Shown here in pieces: positions 38,620 to 52,010 of a DNA stretch of 64,000 nt. Positions within the stretch are counted from its first letter, which is position 1. Each line of letters starts with the position of its first letter. Source of the DNA: Vicugna vicugna. Lineage: Eukaryota. The translations under genes and the position numbers were made by a program. Location: positions 1,318,057 through 1,382,056 of the forward strand of contig MU057930.1 in the NCBI GenBank assembly GCA_013265495.1. Direction: 5' to 3'. Below the pieces are notes generated by a model that worked only from the letters and a program-made list of their open reading frames with translations, had not been told where the DNA came from and made no database searches.

Positions 38620-41600
38620 GACAACATATTTTAAGAATTTTGTAATTATGATTACGAGCAATATTCTTCTGCAGGATTTTTTTTTCTAACTGTACCATGT
38701 TGGTCTGTTTTTGCTACCAGCGTTATGTTCAGCCTTACAGAATGAGATTTAGAATGTTCCCTCTTCTTTCAGATTCTGCACTTAATTGTATAGAATCGGT
38801 CATTTTTTATGTATTAAAAGTTTGGGGGAACTCCCCAGTGAAGCCACCTGAGCTCGGTGATTTGAGAGGCTTTGAAAATGAAAATCAATTTACTTAACCC
38901 CTGTATGGCTATTAAGATGACTGATTTCTTCCTGAGCGGATGCTGGTAGTTTGTGCCTTTTAGGAAACAGTTACATCTAACCTTAGCTACACAACTGACA
39001 TTCATACACTTGTTCCGAGTTTCCCTTATCCACACTGGTAAATTGTTTTCAAGCTGGCCGAAGGTTTAGGAATTTACTGATGTCAAAGCACCATCTTTGA
39101 ACCATCTTTTTCAGCGATACGTTCTAGGGTTGATCTGCTTCCTATTTCACGGTTTCTCCTCTGACTTTGTATCATTTCCCTTTTTCTGCTCGCATCGGTG
39201 TATTTCCCAGTTTCTTAAAGAACAGTATTAAGTTATTGACTACAAGCATTATTTCCTTTTTATGTAACTGTTAATAGTCAGTATAAAATCCCTATGACTT
39301 CTTCAGTTCAATCTACAAAATTTTTTTCCTACAGAAACTAAATATTTTTCAAGTTTTATTGAGGTATATAGAGTACACAAAAAACTGCAAGTGACTGATG
39401 TGTACAATTTGGTGAGTCTGGACAGTTCTGTACCCTAATGTTAACACAACCACAATGCAGGTGATACGCATAATTACCACTTCCTGATATATCATGCTCA
39501 GATTTTCATTCAGTTCAAAACACCCTTATTTCTTGGTAAATGACACATCTTCTTTAGAAGCCTGATGCCTAGTTTTAAAACATTCAGACTGTTCAGGTAC
39601 TGTTGTCGATTGTTAAATTCCATTGTCACTCAGAGTATACACATGGTTGAAACTGTTTTAAATGGACTGAAACTTGATTTCTGACCCACGCACTGTCTCT
39701 GGTAATGAATGTCCCACGTGCACAAGAACACAGTTTCTGCAGAGGCTGCGTGTTCTACAGACGTCCGTGGTGTGGATCCGGTCACCTTCGCCCTGACCGA
39801 CCCTCTGTGTACTTGTTTTATGGAAAATTGAGAGAGAAGTTTTGAAAACTCCGATGGTATTTATGGACGTGTTGCTGCCTCCCTTCGCGTCAGTCTTTGC
39901 TTCCCGCATTTTAAAGCTCTGCTAGGACGTCCACAGCCATTTAGGACAGCTGTGCTCCGAGGAAGCCAGCAAGGCGTCACCGTTCACCGGGTACCTTCCT
40001 CTCCTGCGTGCATCCGCACTGTGAATGGGACTCCGACGGCCGTTCACAGCCCCGCCAGCTTTCTCTGAACGAGTATGTCCACGATACACCTTCTCCCACC
40101 CATTATCTTAACCTATCTGTACTTCCAAGGTGCATTTTTTGTAGGCAGCTTAAGAGTTGCATCTTGCTTTTTATTTCTATCTCTCTGCCTTTAATGGAGG
40201 TATCTGTGGCATTTGTATGTAATTTGACTGTTCATGGGTATGGTTAAATGTAACATCTTGCTGTTGGTTTCCTTTTTTTTTTTTTGCCTTCTCTTAGATT
40301 ATTTTTGTGTCTCTCTGCATTATCTGTAACTTTGTTTTTAGAATCTTCCATCTGTATTTATCCTGCCCCGTAACTAGTCGCAGGCTACCGCCAAGCACCA
40401 GCACAGCACGTCATTCTGACACGAGGGAAGACGACCCCCACGACGGTGTCCTCCGAAGCCCCCTGCTACTGCAGTCACGCCTGGTGCTGCGCCACGAGCA
40501 AGCCGCCACAGAGCGGCGTGCCTTCCCTCTGCTTTCCTTCGTCAACAATCCTTTTCAGTCTGGAGACACGCACACGCTTACACCTACTGCCAGACGCTCC
40601 GTCTCCGACACTCCACTCCTCCACACACGTCCAGGCTTCCGCCTGTTGTCGCCGTCTAAGAATCCTTCCACATGTCTCCTCAGACTCCTCTGCGGGGATG
40701 ACTTTCTCAGCCTGTCTGAGCAAGTCGGCAGTCTTTCAGTTTCACTTCCGCACCGTTTAGAATTGCAGGATGGATGTTACTTTCCGTCCCTGAGAGAGGG
40801 CACCCCTGCTCCTTCCTGGCTGGCGCTTTGTGTGGGAGCCCATGACTGGGTTAATAAATTGTAACAGACCGCAGCCGCCTGTGACCTTTAGGAAGAACAA
40901 ATGCGCTTGGCTAGCAGGCACCTGTGCATGTGCACACCTGTCTCCTTGCCGTAAAAAGCAGAGACAACGCCTTGCTTGCATAGCTGAGGTCTTAGCTTAG
41001 GGCTGCTTCTGCAGTGGCAAAGCCACTGGTGTGTCCCTTGGTGTAAGTGCAGGACACGGCTTGTTTATCATAAGCATAGCTCCATAGTTCAGGGTTTGCT
41101 CTGCTCATTGCAGAGCGAAGACCCATGCCCTCAGCTGTAAACCCTGGGCATGCTTTCTGCTGTTCAGATCGTCTCTAACCCCAAGACGAGGAACTGGCTG
41201 GTCTGCTGGTCTGTTCTGTAGTCAACTTCTTATACCTGAGGACTGTACCTTGTTCCCCTCCCTCCGTGACCACCCCGAGGGTAAATTAAGCCTTTGGACT
41301 CACTGTGGATTTTATGACCTCTACCTGACCCTGGTTTTCCTCAAGCTCCTGCATTCCATGATGAATCTGTTTGTGACCTTTCCTTTGACTGTGCACAATA
41401 AACATGAGAGTGAGAGGCTCGAGGAGCTGGCCTCCGACTGCTTCTCGCTGTCTTGACTTTCCAGAGTCTCGAGTCATTCGCTCCGTCTCGGTGGGACTTC
41501 TGCTGGACAGAACCCACAGCTCTGTCTCTAAAGAGAGACCTGTGGTCATCCGTATCTCTGTTCCTCTGTGGGGAACACCGCCTCCCTCTGAAAGGGTCTC

Positions 41601-42220
41601 TTTATTACCGGCGTACGGTAGTCTAACCACGACGCATCTTGCTTTCACGGGCCTCAGTTTTGCTCCATTCCATACGCAACGGATATTTTTTGGAACGATG
41701 GGTTTCTAGGCTTTATTAAATTTGGGGGGAAAAAGAAAGCCATTATTCACTTAAAACTTTTCCCTCCGCTCTCTCTGGAATTCCAACTCCGTGAACATTA
41801 TTCCTCCTGACGCTGTCTCACAGGTCCCTGGATCCTGCGCTCCTTCTAACTGGTCATTTTAACCTCGATGTGTCAATCAGGATAGTTCTTTTTCTCATTT
41901 CAGGAACCTTTTCTTTTTCAGCATCCACCTGCTGTCAATTCTCTCCAATACAACCTTTATCTCAGATGTTACATCCATTGACTCTAGAAGACTGACTTTG
42001 TTTTCACAGTGTCCTTCACCTGCTTTCTGGTGCTGCCGCCTCTGGCCACCTTACAATTATGGGACATATTTATAAAGCACTGTTTACTGCCCCTGTTTAT
42101 TAATTCTACTATCTCTGTTATTTCTTGGTGTGTTTCTATTTATTGATCTTCTGGTTTCTCCACATTACTGGCCATAGTTTTCTCCTCTGTTAATTGTTAA
42201 TAATATTTGCTTAGATATCA
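38620..42220 (-). mobile_element. Ancient L1 fragments (ORF2 towards ORF1), antisense and interrupted
   Basis: Antisense L1 motifs (cagccttacagaatgag, aactccccagtgaagccacctg, aatgtcccacgtgcacaagaac). Confidence 0.65.
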
Positions 42221-42253
42221 GTCTTTGTAAATTTTGCCTCTGTGGGTGCAGGA

Positions 42254-42345
42254 TGTGTGTGTGCATGTGTATATGCATCTATGTGTGTGTATATATGTAC
42301 GTGTGTGTGTGTATGTATCTGTATGTGTGTGTGTGTGTGTATGTA
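42254..42345. repeat. Mixed (TG)n/(TA)n simple repeat
   Basis: Directly visible. Confidence 0.85.
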
Positions 42346-42855
42346 TCTGACCCTTGCTCTGCAATACTCTTATGTAATTTGGAAATGCAAGTGTGTTCAT
42401 TTCAAATCTTGCTGTTAAGCACAGCTGGGAGGAAGCAGAAAAGCCTTTTGCCTAAGACTGAACTAGTGAAGCAACATTCCTTTGAACGTATTCTACTTTT
42501 TTCCAACTTTTGACTTGTGGGCCAAATACACATAACACACAAATTACTACCTCTACAGATTTTAAGTGTACAGTTCAGGGTATTAAATGCCTATTTCACT
42601 AAGTCTTTCTCTTCTGCTCTGCGGGGATGGTTTTTTCTGTTTTCCAGTGCTTTCTAACGTACCATTTCATTTACTTATTGTTTCTGCTACCTATTTGCCT
42701 GTTAGATTCATGCCAAGAGATATTCATGTAAAGTCTGGGCCTGTGTCTGACACATAATGGGTTATTCAGTAATTATTCTGTGAATCAACTGCTTCATTCA
42801 CGCCATACTTAAAAACAATAAAATAACAATAAAACAACAAGAATAAAAGTTTTAC

Positions 42856-43178
42856 TTGTTTCTTATTTTAAAAGCCATTGTTGGGCGATGCAACCTCTTT
42901 AAAGAGCTAAAGATTACTTCTGCTGTGTTTGTTTTTTTTAATTGAATTCAGTTTTCTGCAGGGAGGAGGCGATCAAGTTTATTTATCTTAACAGAGGTCC
43001 CAAAGATTGAACCCAGGACCTCATGCATGCTAGGCAGGCACTCTACCACTGAGCTATACCCTCCCCCTGAAGATATTTTGAGAGCAAACCTGAGCACCTT
43101 CACGGGACCACCTCCCCCCCATCCACCGATGGATGGAAATCAGTGTAAAAGGAGAGAGACTTTTCTGTGAACTTGAGC
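42856..43178 (-). pseudogene. Exon of CDC25 domain 1 interrupted by a SINE; 5' boundary uncertain
   Basis: With the SINE (42921-43067) and one TSD copy removed, it reads ISIHRWMGGRWSREGAQVCSQNIFSSLKRLHRPTMAFKIRN, in register with PISRLKKTW...KLFEELEELLSPERNFKNYR. Confidence 0.65.
42921..43067 (-). mobile_element. tRNA-derived SINE inserted in a CDC25-1 pseudo-exon
   Basis: tRNA head GGGGGAGGGTATAGCTCAGTGGTAGAG and tail; degenerate TSD (taaagattacttc / tgaagatattttg). Confidence 0.9.
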
Positions 43179-43228
43179 CTTTCAAGAGACAGGAACACTT
43201 TTTTTTTTTTTTTGACATCTGAAGGTAC

Positions 43229-43505
43229 CTTTAAAAAGTGATCAGGCAGCAAAGACATGATTTCTTTGGCTCAGATAAAGGACAGGGATTCAGATTTTAA
43301 AAAAATACCCCGTTATCTATGAGAAAGCTTTGACTATTTAAATATAAACACCACCATCCAAATTGAGTAGTCGTTTGTTAGAATAAGCACTACTTCAGTA
43401 AGATCAGGAATTTGGCAGGACTGTGGCCCGTGGGAACCAGTGCACTTAGCCAAAGGACATCACGGAACACACAGTCTTTACAACAAACTGAGAACTCCAC
43501 AGCAA
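43229..43505 (-). pseudogene. Exon: CDC25 domain 1 core
   Basis: VAVEFSVCCKDCVFRDVLW, frameshift, PDLTEVVLILTNDYSIWMVVFIFK*SKLSHR*RGIFLK, matching P.L..FI.RFN.VS.WV.T.IL......RA; AAG|GTACCT donor. Confidence 0.75.
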
Positions 43506-44239
43506 CTGCAAAAACTGGTGAGAATAATTTCATGTAAGCATATAATAAAGGAAAGATGTAAGAACCATGTAACAATTACAAAGCTATACATCTTGTCACT
43601 TCTTACAGACAGGAGAGGAAGCTGAATTCTTAAAAATACATGTGTGTGTGTGTATAAATATGAATACAGTTAACAGTTTATCACTTCATCAAAACACAAA
43701 AGAACACAAGGTGCATTTATATTCTAATTAAAATGATACTGTTACTGTAGAAATCTTGGAAACATAGAAATATCCATGTGATAAAAAATAGGCATCTATT
43801 TCTTTTTGTAATATGCTAATAAAAATGTGTCCTGACTAGAATAAAACTCCACATGGAGCAAAAATATTGATCATCACTAGTATTTTGTTAATAAATAACT
43901 TTGATTAAAATATGCTCATTTATCTAATTCAAAGCCACAATTTCTAATTAAAAAATAGAGCAGATTTTAAAAAATTGTTCTGTTTTGATCTTTGATAGTA
44001 ACTTTTTAATTTAGACTTCAAGCTCAATTTTATGCTAAGAAAATAAAGTAAAAGTTATTCTAAAAGTTAACAAAAATTAAATTTACATAGTTTAATACAG
44101 ATAGTGGTTAGACTACATTTTAATAGGAAAAATAAAAGAGAAATGTATATTGGAACTATTCAAAGTTCTGAAAATGTCATCTGATTAATGCTGGCTTATG
44201 TCTTTTTTTTTCCCCTAAAGAAAAATATACACTAGCAAC

Positions 44240-44310
44240 CTATGTCCTTGAGAATCCGTGACAATTCCCCTGTATTCCAGTCACTAAAACTTCCAGAGCT
44301 GCTTCCAAAA
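44240..44310 (-). pseudogene. Exon: start of CDC25 (RasGEF) domain 1
   Basis: ctttcAG acceptor; (N)FGSSSGSFSDWNTGELSRILKDI resembles LDP.ELA.QLT; phase 2 to 1; weak donor GTTGCT. Confidence 0.6.
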
Positions 44311-44571
44311 CTGAAAGCGTCTCAACAAGGTTATGATTGCAGAAAACAGAAAATAAGTATCTTTCAAAAATGGTCTCAAAATACGTTACTACACGCCATG
44401 TGTTCAGGTGGAGTGTTAACAGTTAAAACACAAAATAAAGACAAGTACCTTTTTGATGTTCGTTTTAGTATAGCTATAATAAACAAATTTTCTAAAAAAA
44501 AATGATTATGGTTGAAAAATATGTGGCTAAAATTAAAAGGAAAAGAAAACGATAAACTCATTTCAACTTAC

Positions 44572-44752
44572 TTGAAATCAACTGCTGTCCATAAATAACC
44601 CTTATTTCCCTCTAATTAACGTTTCATCTTTAAGGAAAGTGAGTTGACGGAAAGCCTCCGTGACTCCCTAATGAGGCGTTCTAACAGACGTCCTTTACCC
44701 AGGACAATGGCAGGTGTCACGTGGCTGCTGGCTGTACCCCAATCAAGCCTCA
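44572..44752 (-). pseudogene. Exon preceding CDC25 domain 1
   Basis: gcttAG...AA|GTAAGT; RLDWGTASSHVTPAIVLGKGRLLERLIRESRRLSVNSLSLKMKR*LEGNKGYLWTAVDF; phase 1 to 2. Confidence 0.65.
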
Positions 44753-45922
44753 CTAAGCGTCAAAAATAAACCAAAATCCCAGCCACAGCTTGGGGACGGC
44801 TCAGAGGTACTGTATTTCCCTACCTTTCTGCATTTCATAGACAACTTGGCCTGTTTAAGCAATGTAAGAAATGCAGCTTCCCAGGGCAACCTGGCCAACA
44901 TTCGCTTCTATCAACTGGGCGTCGACAGATTTCCAAATAGTGAAAATAACGTGACCCAGTCAGCACACTCTCTCCTCCCCTCGTTACATAAGTCGGGGAC
45001 ATCAGTGCCTACTTAGCTGCACACAAGTTGCAGGGAAGGGGCTACTGCTACCGTCCTCGAGGGGGGCTGACCTGTAGGGAAGGTCTCACCCTCCCTTGAC
45101 GATCATACAACTTCCTTTGGAGGAAGAGCCTGCAATTCTGAAGAACCCCGTGTGAATTAGGGGAAGCACATGGGTAGTAACTGTAGACGGATTACCACCA
45201 GGGCAAAGCGGCAGGTGTCCACCAGGCAATGTCTGCTGAAATAACAAGTCCTCAGCAGATTGTCCGGCCCTGCCCTCGGGCTGCGCCTTGCAGGATCAGG
45301 TCCGTAGGAATTTTCCCGCAGCCTGGACCAAGCAGGGTCACAGGGTTCCAGAGCAGAGGCTAGGGAGGGCTGCCAGGTGAGATGGAGGAGACGCCCCTGT
45401 GCCTGGCCCCACAATGGTACCCACGGCCAAGCGGCGTCAGCCAAAAGGAGGCTCAGAAGAAAGGACAATGGTCAGCACTGCATAGTCAAGAATTCAGAAG
45501 AGCAGGAGAGAAAGTAGTTCCCTGATGGGCACAGGGTAACGCCAATGACCAGAGGGGCCCAACATGGCGCCCTCCGAACCATCTCTCCCCGGCATCCGTG
45601 AATCCAAAGATGTGCCCCGCTCCAAATCTTTGGGGGTGAAGCAAAAGATAGAAGGCTGAGTCTTGAGACTTCTCTGCAAGAAATTCTATCTCAGAAGAAG
45701 AAACTATTCAAATTACATACTTACGCTAAGATGTTATGTCGTATCAAAGAGGTAGGTGATTTTTTTTTAATCTACTAACTGGTAGGTTAGGACTTGAAGA
45801 AAGGACAAATTATTCCAGACTAAATAAGTCACTCTCCCTGTCCACCCAAGTGGGGTATAAACGCAATTTTGAGCATATTATTATATTCTGCAGTGGACAC
45901 TGGGTATCAAGCATTCACTCAC

Positions 45923-46616
45923 ATGTACAGTCAAACATCTCAGGACTCTCTCATCTCCGCCCAACCTTTTCATACGTGGACGTGGGAAGTATTATGAGAA
46001 CAGAGGAGTCATGAATAGTTAATTGTGTCAACACGGGGAGGAAAGGCCACAGAATGCAGGCCTTGCTGGGCTCATTCAAACGGCACAGCTTTACCCAGAA
46101 AAGGTGACCTTGCCCCTGACCTGGGGCTGGCCACCGCCAAGCACGCATACTGTCCCGACTCCTCCAGTGACTTTCCAAGACTGCTTCTCAAGACGCGTGA
46201 GACGTCTGTGTAACAGCTAACTTCCTTTCAGAGAAGCTTCAGTCCCATAGGGGATGCCTCTCTTAAAGGATCTGTATCCGACAGGGCAGACTAAACTGCG
46301 AGCACTGGCACTGCCGAAGCGCCCTGGGTGGCACTGATAAAGTTTACTGCCAGGAACAGAAGTCACGTCTAAGTAAGAGACAGGGAGCCCCGCTACTTCC
46401 ATCCCCGAGTGACAGCGGCCCCAGAAGAATCCAATCCTGCCACCGGCAGATGGCATGCGTGGAGGCCTCCTCCCCCTCCTCCCTCTCCCCCTGAATCCTG
46501 AACCACACGTCTAGAGGCAGGCCAGTCCACGCTCTGGGGAAAACCAGATCGCATCTCCAAGGACGACCCTCTTCCAAGGCCAACAGATTAAACTGTCCTT
46601 GGTACACGAGACAGTT
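45923..46616 (-). pseudogene. Large linker exon (694 bp) with several in-frame stops
   Basis: Polypyrimidine-tAG acceptor and AT|GTGAGT donor; ORFs 46344-46607 and 45951-46178 share one frame; phase 0 to 1 matches the next exon. Confidence 0.6.
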
Positions 46617-47687
46617 CTACCAGGAGGAAAAGAAATGGATACGGATCTTACTGACACAAAGGCAGGATGTCGAAGATCTGTGTGTGAGGAGAGCCGCTCT
46701 GGGGTACGGTTACTGGTTTTCCTTCCCTATTTCTTTTTCTTACGTCTACTGTGCCCAGAAGTGTGTGTGAGTTGAATCTGCTGGTTCGCAATAGATGGAG
46801 ATAAAAAGCGCACACGGGGAAAGGCACGGAGGGCAAACGTGTGCTTAGCTGTTTTGATAATTCCGTGAACCTGACACCTTAGTCAAGAGGTATAGTGTAT
46901 CCATCACTGGGGGGAAAAAAAAAAAAAACCCATGCTCCTTGTAGGACTGAAGACGTGACTGCTCCCAGTTACCCCCGTCTGTTTTCTGTGCTCGTCGCTC
47001 AACTTCCTACAGACCCAAGTTCAACACACAAACACGCATTCACACGCAACTGCCTTCTTTCACTCAAACTAACGTCCGTGAGAGGCATCCATACTGCTCG
47101 TACGTCATTGTTTGATTTTCCTTTCATTTTTGATGAGTAATATTCCACAGTATGAATATACTATAGTTTGCCTATCCATTGCCTCAGCGAGTTCTCTTGC
47201 TTTGTTTTTTTTTTTTTATTGTTTCCTGCATTACTAAGTTGATTACATGGCTTTTCACCTTTATTCCGGTAATGGAATTACAGACACAAACACGGGCCGA
47301 CTTTAAAACGTTAAACCGAATGCCTGTCGGCTGGGACACAACCATCAGGCTTCTGGACACAAGGCCCTGGGTCGTGATGTTGCACCCTTTCTGTATGTTG
47401 CTGGCTCTGATCTGTAAACTTGGCACCCGACTCAAGGACATTGTCACTGGGGAACCTTGTTCTCCAAGTGGTTATTCCAGGAGAAGGACACTTAATTATC
47501 TCCCAACAAGCGAGTACAGGTTAAACATAATTTTTAAATGACTTGACAGAAAGAAAGAGAACGCTATTTAGCCGGTTACACGGACTGCAGAGGATGTAAT
47601 TATGTTATTAGCCGAGCCTCCCTCACAACAGCCGTCAGTTGATTCGCCTTTTCTCAAGCAGGCTGCATTTTCTACGTAAAACTTAAC

Positions 47688-48420
47688 CTAACTCAAACCA
47701 CCAGCAGGAGCCCTATCCCGCATCTCGGATGAAGTGAGGCATCCTGGGAGGTCCAGCTCTGCACCTCCAATCCGTCTCCTTGTGAGTCCTTCCTCTGCCC
47801 TACAGACGTCAACAGATCTTGGATCCAATACGCCCATCTGGCTGAACATGTCCCCCACTGTCTACACTTCCAACCTTAGTCTGCTTTACAAAGTCATCCA
47901 ACACCTGAGCTCCGAGAAACAGGCGTATCCAGTCTCCACCTGATAAGCTTTCCATGTGAAAGCGTTTCCTGAATAGGTACGACCTGCCTCCTTCCCGGTT
48001 CAAAGATGCCCTGCCCAGCAACTGCTCCCCATTTGTAGAAATAGTTTCTGTGGGAAAAACCTCCCTACTGCTTTGACATACAGGCAACCAGCCACTTTGC
48101 ATCTAAGGGTCAACCGTATCTGCGTGGGAGCATCTGACTCCGCTCTTCCCTGCATGTTCTGAGCCGAGAACCCTTCAACATGTATGATGTCTCTTAAGTG
48201 GTGACACAAAGAACTGTCGATGAAAATATAAAATTCTAGCCATGAATTCAACAGGTCAATAACACCTGGTCCACCTTCTTCTCTCTCATACACACAAGAA
48301 CATTCCTGGACTTCATACAGAGTGGAGACGCCCTACAGCTGTGCTGAGCAGCTCTGAGACGAGGAACCTCCAGGAACATGCAATCCAGTTCTCATCTCAC
48401 TGTTTTGTGGATGAAAAATA
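47688..48420 (-). pseudogene. Large exon containing REM (RasGEF N-terminal) domain 1; 3' boundary uncertain
   Basis: ttttgcAG acceptor at 48421-48422; WIACSWRFLVSELLSTAVGRL, then after a frameshift GVIDLLNSWLEFYIFIDSSLCHHLRDIIH, resembling the REM helix V..LL..W.E. Confidence 0.6.
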
Positions 48421-48705
48421 CTGCAAAATACTGTGGTTGGCAGTATTTTTCGTTCACAGCTGGTAGGCTTTTTTTTTTTTTAAACAAAGCTAAGGATTCT
48501 CTTATCTTACTGGTTTCTGTGAGAAAAATGCTTCTCAGAGATAGCAACGGTGAAGAAAGATGAAACTAAGAGAATGTGCTCTTAAAACTTAAAAACACAA
48601 GGAACAAGTTGAGAAACCACATTAAGCTGAGTGCTACGTAACAACTATTAAGTGAAAACATTACAGAAAAAATAAAGTTTCTTGTTCGTTATTGAAATCC
48701 TATAC

Positions 48706-48808
48706 TCTTCACGTAAAGTCGTCTGTGGTAATAATTCAAGTGGTCGGTTCTGCCTGTATTAGAAAACACTTCTGGTTCTGTATCTTTCAACCCATCATTT
48801 AAGAAGAA
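48706..48808 (-). pseudogene. Exon: end of cNMP domain 2
   Basis: tttttctttcAG acceptor, GTATAG donor; QKCFLIQAEPTT*IITTDDFT*R resembles the C-terminal strand and helix of cNMP domains. Confidence 0.55.
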
Positions 48809-49243
48809 CTGAAAGAAAAATACAATTTTCATACTGAGAGAAAGTCCCAGTGCAAACGCACCAAAATGCTATACTGTTCACATGCTCTCAAGGTCAGCGG
48901 AAGACATGAAGGAGCTCACCATCACGGTATCAATAGAATAAAGAACGTGCAATTATTTTAAAATGTGCACGTCATCGTGGTGTCTGAAAGGAAAATGTTT
49001 CCAAGGCAAGAACTGGGCAGGCAAGAATGGAATTCGAGAGGAAGGTCCGGCAGATGACGGAAGGAAGGGGAAAATGAAACAAACCTCGCCCTCCGTAGGA
49101 AATCACAGATTCTCAGCCAAATGCCACTCACAGGGAAAAGGCACAGAATGACCTACTGCTATCACAGGTCGTGTTTTTGGTTTTGTTTTTTGTTTTTTTT
49201 AATGAAATGCAAGTCTAGATGGGTGGTTTTCCCAATCAGGTAC

Positions 49244-49563
49244 CCAGAAGGTGGATTCCAAACGCTACACATAAGTGAGCATTTGCCCTTCAACAACTAA
49301 CACCCATGGACTTAAAATGCCTATGTTTTTTTCATTCCTGACCACTCATTCTTTTCCCACTGCACTGTAACGTCTTGTTTTCTCTCTGTCAGTTTTGTGC
49401 TCAGGATGAGGAGGAAGTCGATGGAGTGACGTTTACGACATTAACGCAAAGAATCCTGGGACACAACAACTGTGGCTCTGCTCGTGTAAATTACTGACTC
49501 AGGTGGGAATGCAGTTGCCTTAGCGTTTGCTGGCGTCGCGTTCCATCACACGTAACAGCCCAG
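49244..49563 (-). pseudogene. Exon: cNMP domain 2 (degenerate)
   Basis: cctgtAG acceptor, GG|GTACCT donor; EKNIGILSPWVLVVEGQML resembles the cNMP segment IVGTLGPGDFFGE. Confidence 0.5.
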
Positions 49564-49662
49564 CTACAGGTGAACTTAGAACATGATGCACGTTTCTCAG
49601 GAAAGCAAAATGTTTGTGAATGGCTTCCAGGTTCAACGTCTGTGCTTTTTCACAGAACTCAC

Positions 49663-49868
49663 TTCAATCACTTTTCCTTCTCCACTTAAACGACTACAAT
49701 CCGACTATTAATTTCCCGGCAATAATGTAACAAAGCATTTCACCTAATGTTCACTGCCCACAGCCAGGGGAAGTCTGTCTATCTTAATCTAATAGCCAAC
49801 ATCTCTGCCTTCCGATTTCTCAAAAATTTTCCAGAGATTTTACCTATTGGAGGCATATTTTTAGTTGC
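49663..49868 (-). pseudogene. Exon: end of cNMP domain 1 and start of cNMP domain 2
   Basis: Phase-0 continuation ATKNMPPIGKISGKFLRNRKAEMLAIRLR*TDFPWL; shifted frame FVTLLPGN**SDCSRLSGEGKVIE; GTGAGT donor. Confidence 0.65.
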
Positions 49869-51019
49869 CTACCAACACAGTTTTTATTCACTTACAAGCA
49901 TTCAGAAGCACTGAATCTTTCAAAATAAAGGATTTCTATTCTAGCGATAAAGACTTAAAAGGTGTAAATTTAGATAGTTGATAGTTGTTATTCATTTTTC
50001 AAAAGATATACTTTAGTATCAAATGCAGGGCTAACTTTGCTATGTAGGTGTGATCAATGCACATAACTTCATATATAATGTGTATGTGCATGTGCGCCTG
50101 GGTGTACATGCGTGTGTATACATGCGTGTACATGAATACGTACATATATAATGTGTGCCTCTAAAACACAGCCAGCACATGAGATAAAATAATTTGAGAA
50201 CAGAAATAAAGTACTGGTCCTGCACAATTCTGAAAACTTCAACGTGCCAAGAAACACGCACACTGAAAAAAAGTAAATATGCCGAGAAGACATGCCGTCA
50301 CTAACATCTGTACCAATTCCCACAGAGGCGCAGACTCCCCACGGTTTTGCGTCTCAGGCAAGAAGAAGGGCTCCTTCCAAAACAGTGTGGGCGTCACTGC
50401 GTTATTAAAAACGCCAAAGATCCACATGTCTGTTCCTTTACACCTCGAGGCCGAGGACAGAGAAGCCTCTCCTGAAGATCAGAACCTGCCCCACCACCTG
50501 CCAGGTCTCAGCCGACGTTCTGAGCACGAAGACAGCGCGGCGACAGGACACGGATGAGCCCCGGAGTGATCAGATGCGGAGGAAAGGCGCGCCTCCGAGG
50601 TCAAGGTGAGTCCTGCCTTTGCGTGGCAGGTGCTTCCGGAAGCCGCGGGCGGTCATTCAGTCCTGGAGGATGGGTGTGTGTGGCCCCCTGCCTGCAGGGC
50701 CCTGGCCGGGCTGCCTTCCCCACGGGTGCCTCAGGGCTTTCGGGCAGTGACGATAGTCCGTGTGGGAGTCGTTCCCGTGAGACTGTGTCAACACGAGTCA
50801 GGAAGGAAGAGTCTACCAGAGAACCTGCGAGCCTGTCTGGCAACTGTGGGGTCACTTTACACTAATCTGTACCGGATAGTTCCAGACCACACAGCAAGTG
50901 TCCACTGGGGCTGCATGCGCACTGCCTGCTGGGTGAGCGTTTTCTAAGGGGGGCGAGCTTCCCCAGTACTCAGAGCCACGATTACAGGGAGGCAATGTAC
51001 TTCGCTGCCTTTGGGGAAA

Positions 51020-51659
51020 TGTCAGAGCAGGCAGAGAGCTAGATATGGACAGAGAAAGGGGGACACAGACCACATGGCAGGAACTGGGCAGAAAGGAAGC
51101 ACGCGGGCCACACGCAGGAAACCACACATCATGTAAGCAGCAGGGGTCCCTGGGCAGAGAAAGAAAAGCAGGAACCTTTGGGCTGTTAAGTGGTCACACC
51201 TTTTGGGGTGATGAGTGGCCTGCAGACCAACAAAGAAAGGTTAGAAAAGGAATTTCCAGTGTCCAAATGTAACCTTTAGCTCATTATGCCCTCATTTCAA
51301 TAAAATTAGCCTTGCAGATTACAAGTTCCCATTCACCACAGTCCTATCCAGACTAAATAAGGACAAAAATCCCTCCTCCCTTCGGGAAGGTGGAGTTGGG
51401 ATGAAAATCAGGGAATAGGACCCCACACCCTTCCCCCCTCAATGTATTCTGCCCATTCATTTTTACAACCTGTGTAACCAACTTGCCAAAAAATCTCGGG
51501 GCAGTCGCTCACGTGAGCCTGCCCGCTCTCCGCTTGAGAGCGTCCTATCCATCCTTTAAGAATCCCTCACTTCACTTTTTTTAACCACTATGCCTTGTCT
51601 CTGAATTCTTTCTGGGACCGGACAAGAACCTGGAACACCGGTTGCATCCACCGGCAACC
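51020..51659 (+). mobile_element. ERV solo LTR, family A copy 1
   Basis: Starts with TG, about 640 bp, alignable along its whole length to 53544-54199. Confidence 0.85.
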
Positions 51660-52010
51660 AAAGGACACACTTGTCATTCACCCTTCCCAGAGTGGGGAGC
51701 CCCGCACAGCCCCCAGTGCACAAGACTTCTGTGTGAGGAGCCCTTACTGACGAAGCTTCGGGTTTCATCACCTTACCCTGTTCGTCTTCAGCCAGCTGGC
51801 GTGGGTTCCACTGTTCAGGGTGGGTCATGAATGACATACTCTGCGTTCTGAATGGCTGTTTCAACATGCCACTTCACAGGGTAGCTTGGCCACTGATAGA
51901 GATTCCTACGTGCCCTGGAATTAACTGGGCACAGAGGGGACAGAACCCACGCTATTCGGAGATCCCCCAACTCTCACTGATGGTAACTACTTGTGCAGAC
52001 CAATAGTTAC

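Noticed and set aside
12545..50053. Scattered perfect T-box half sites AGGTGTGA/TCACACCT (12545, 32372, 35943, 50046)
   Set aside because: About two are expected by chance for an 8-mer in 64 kb on both strands, and they are not clustered.
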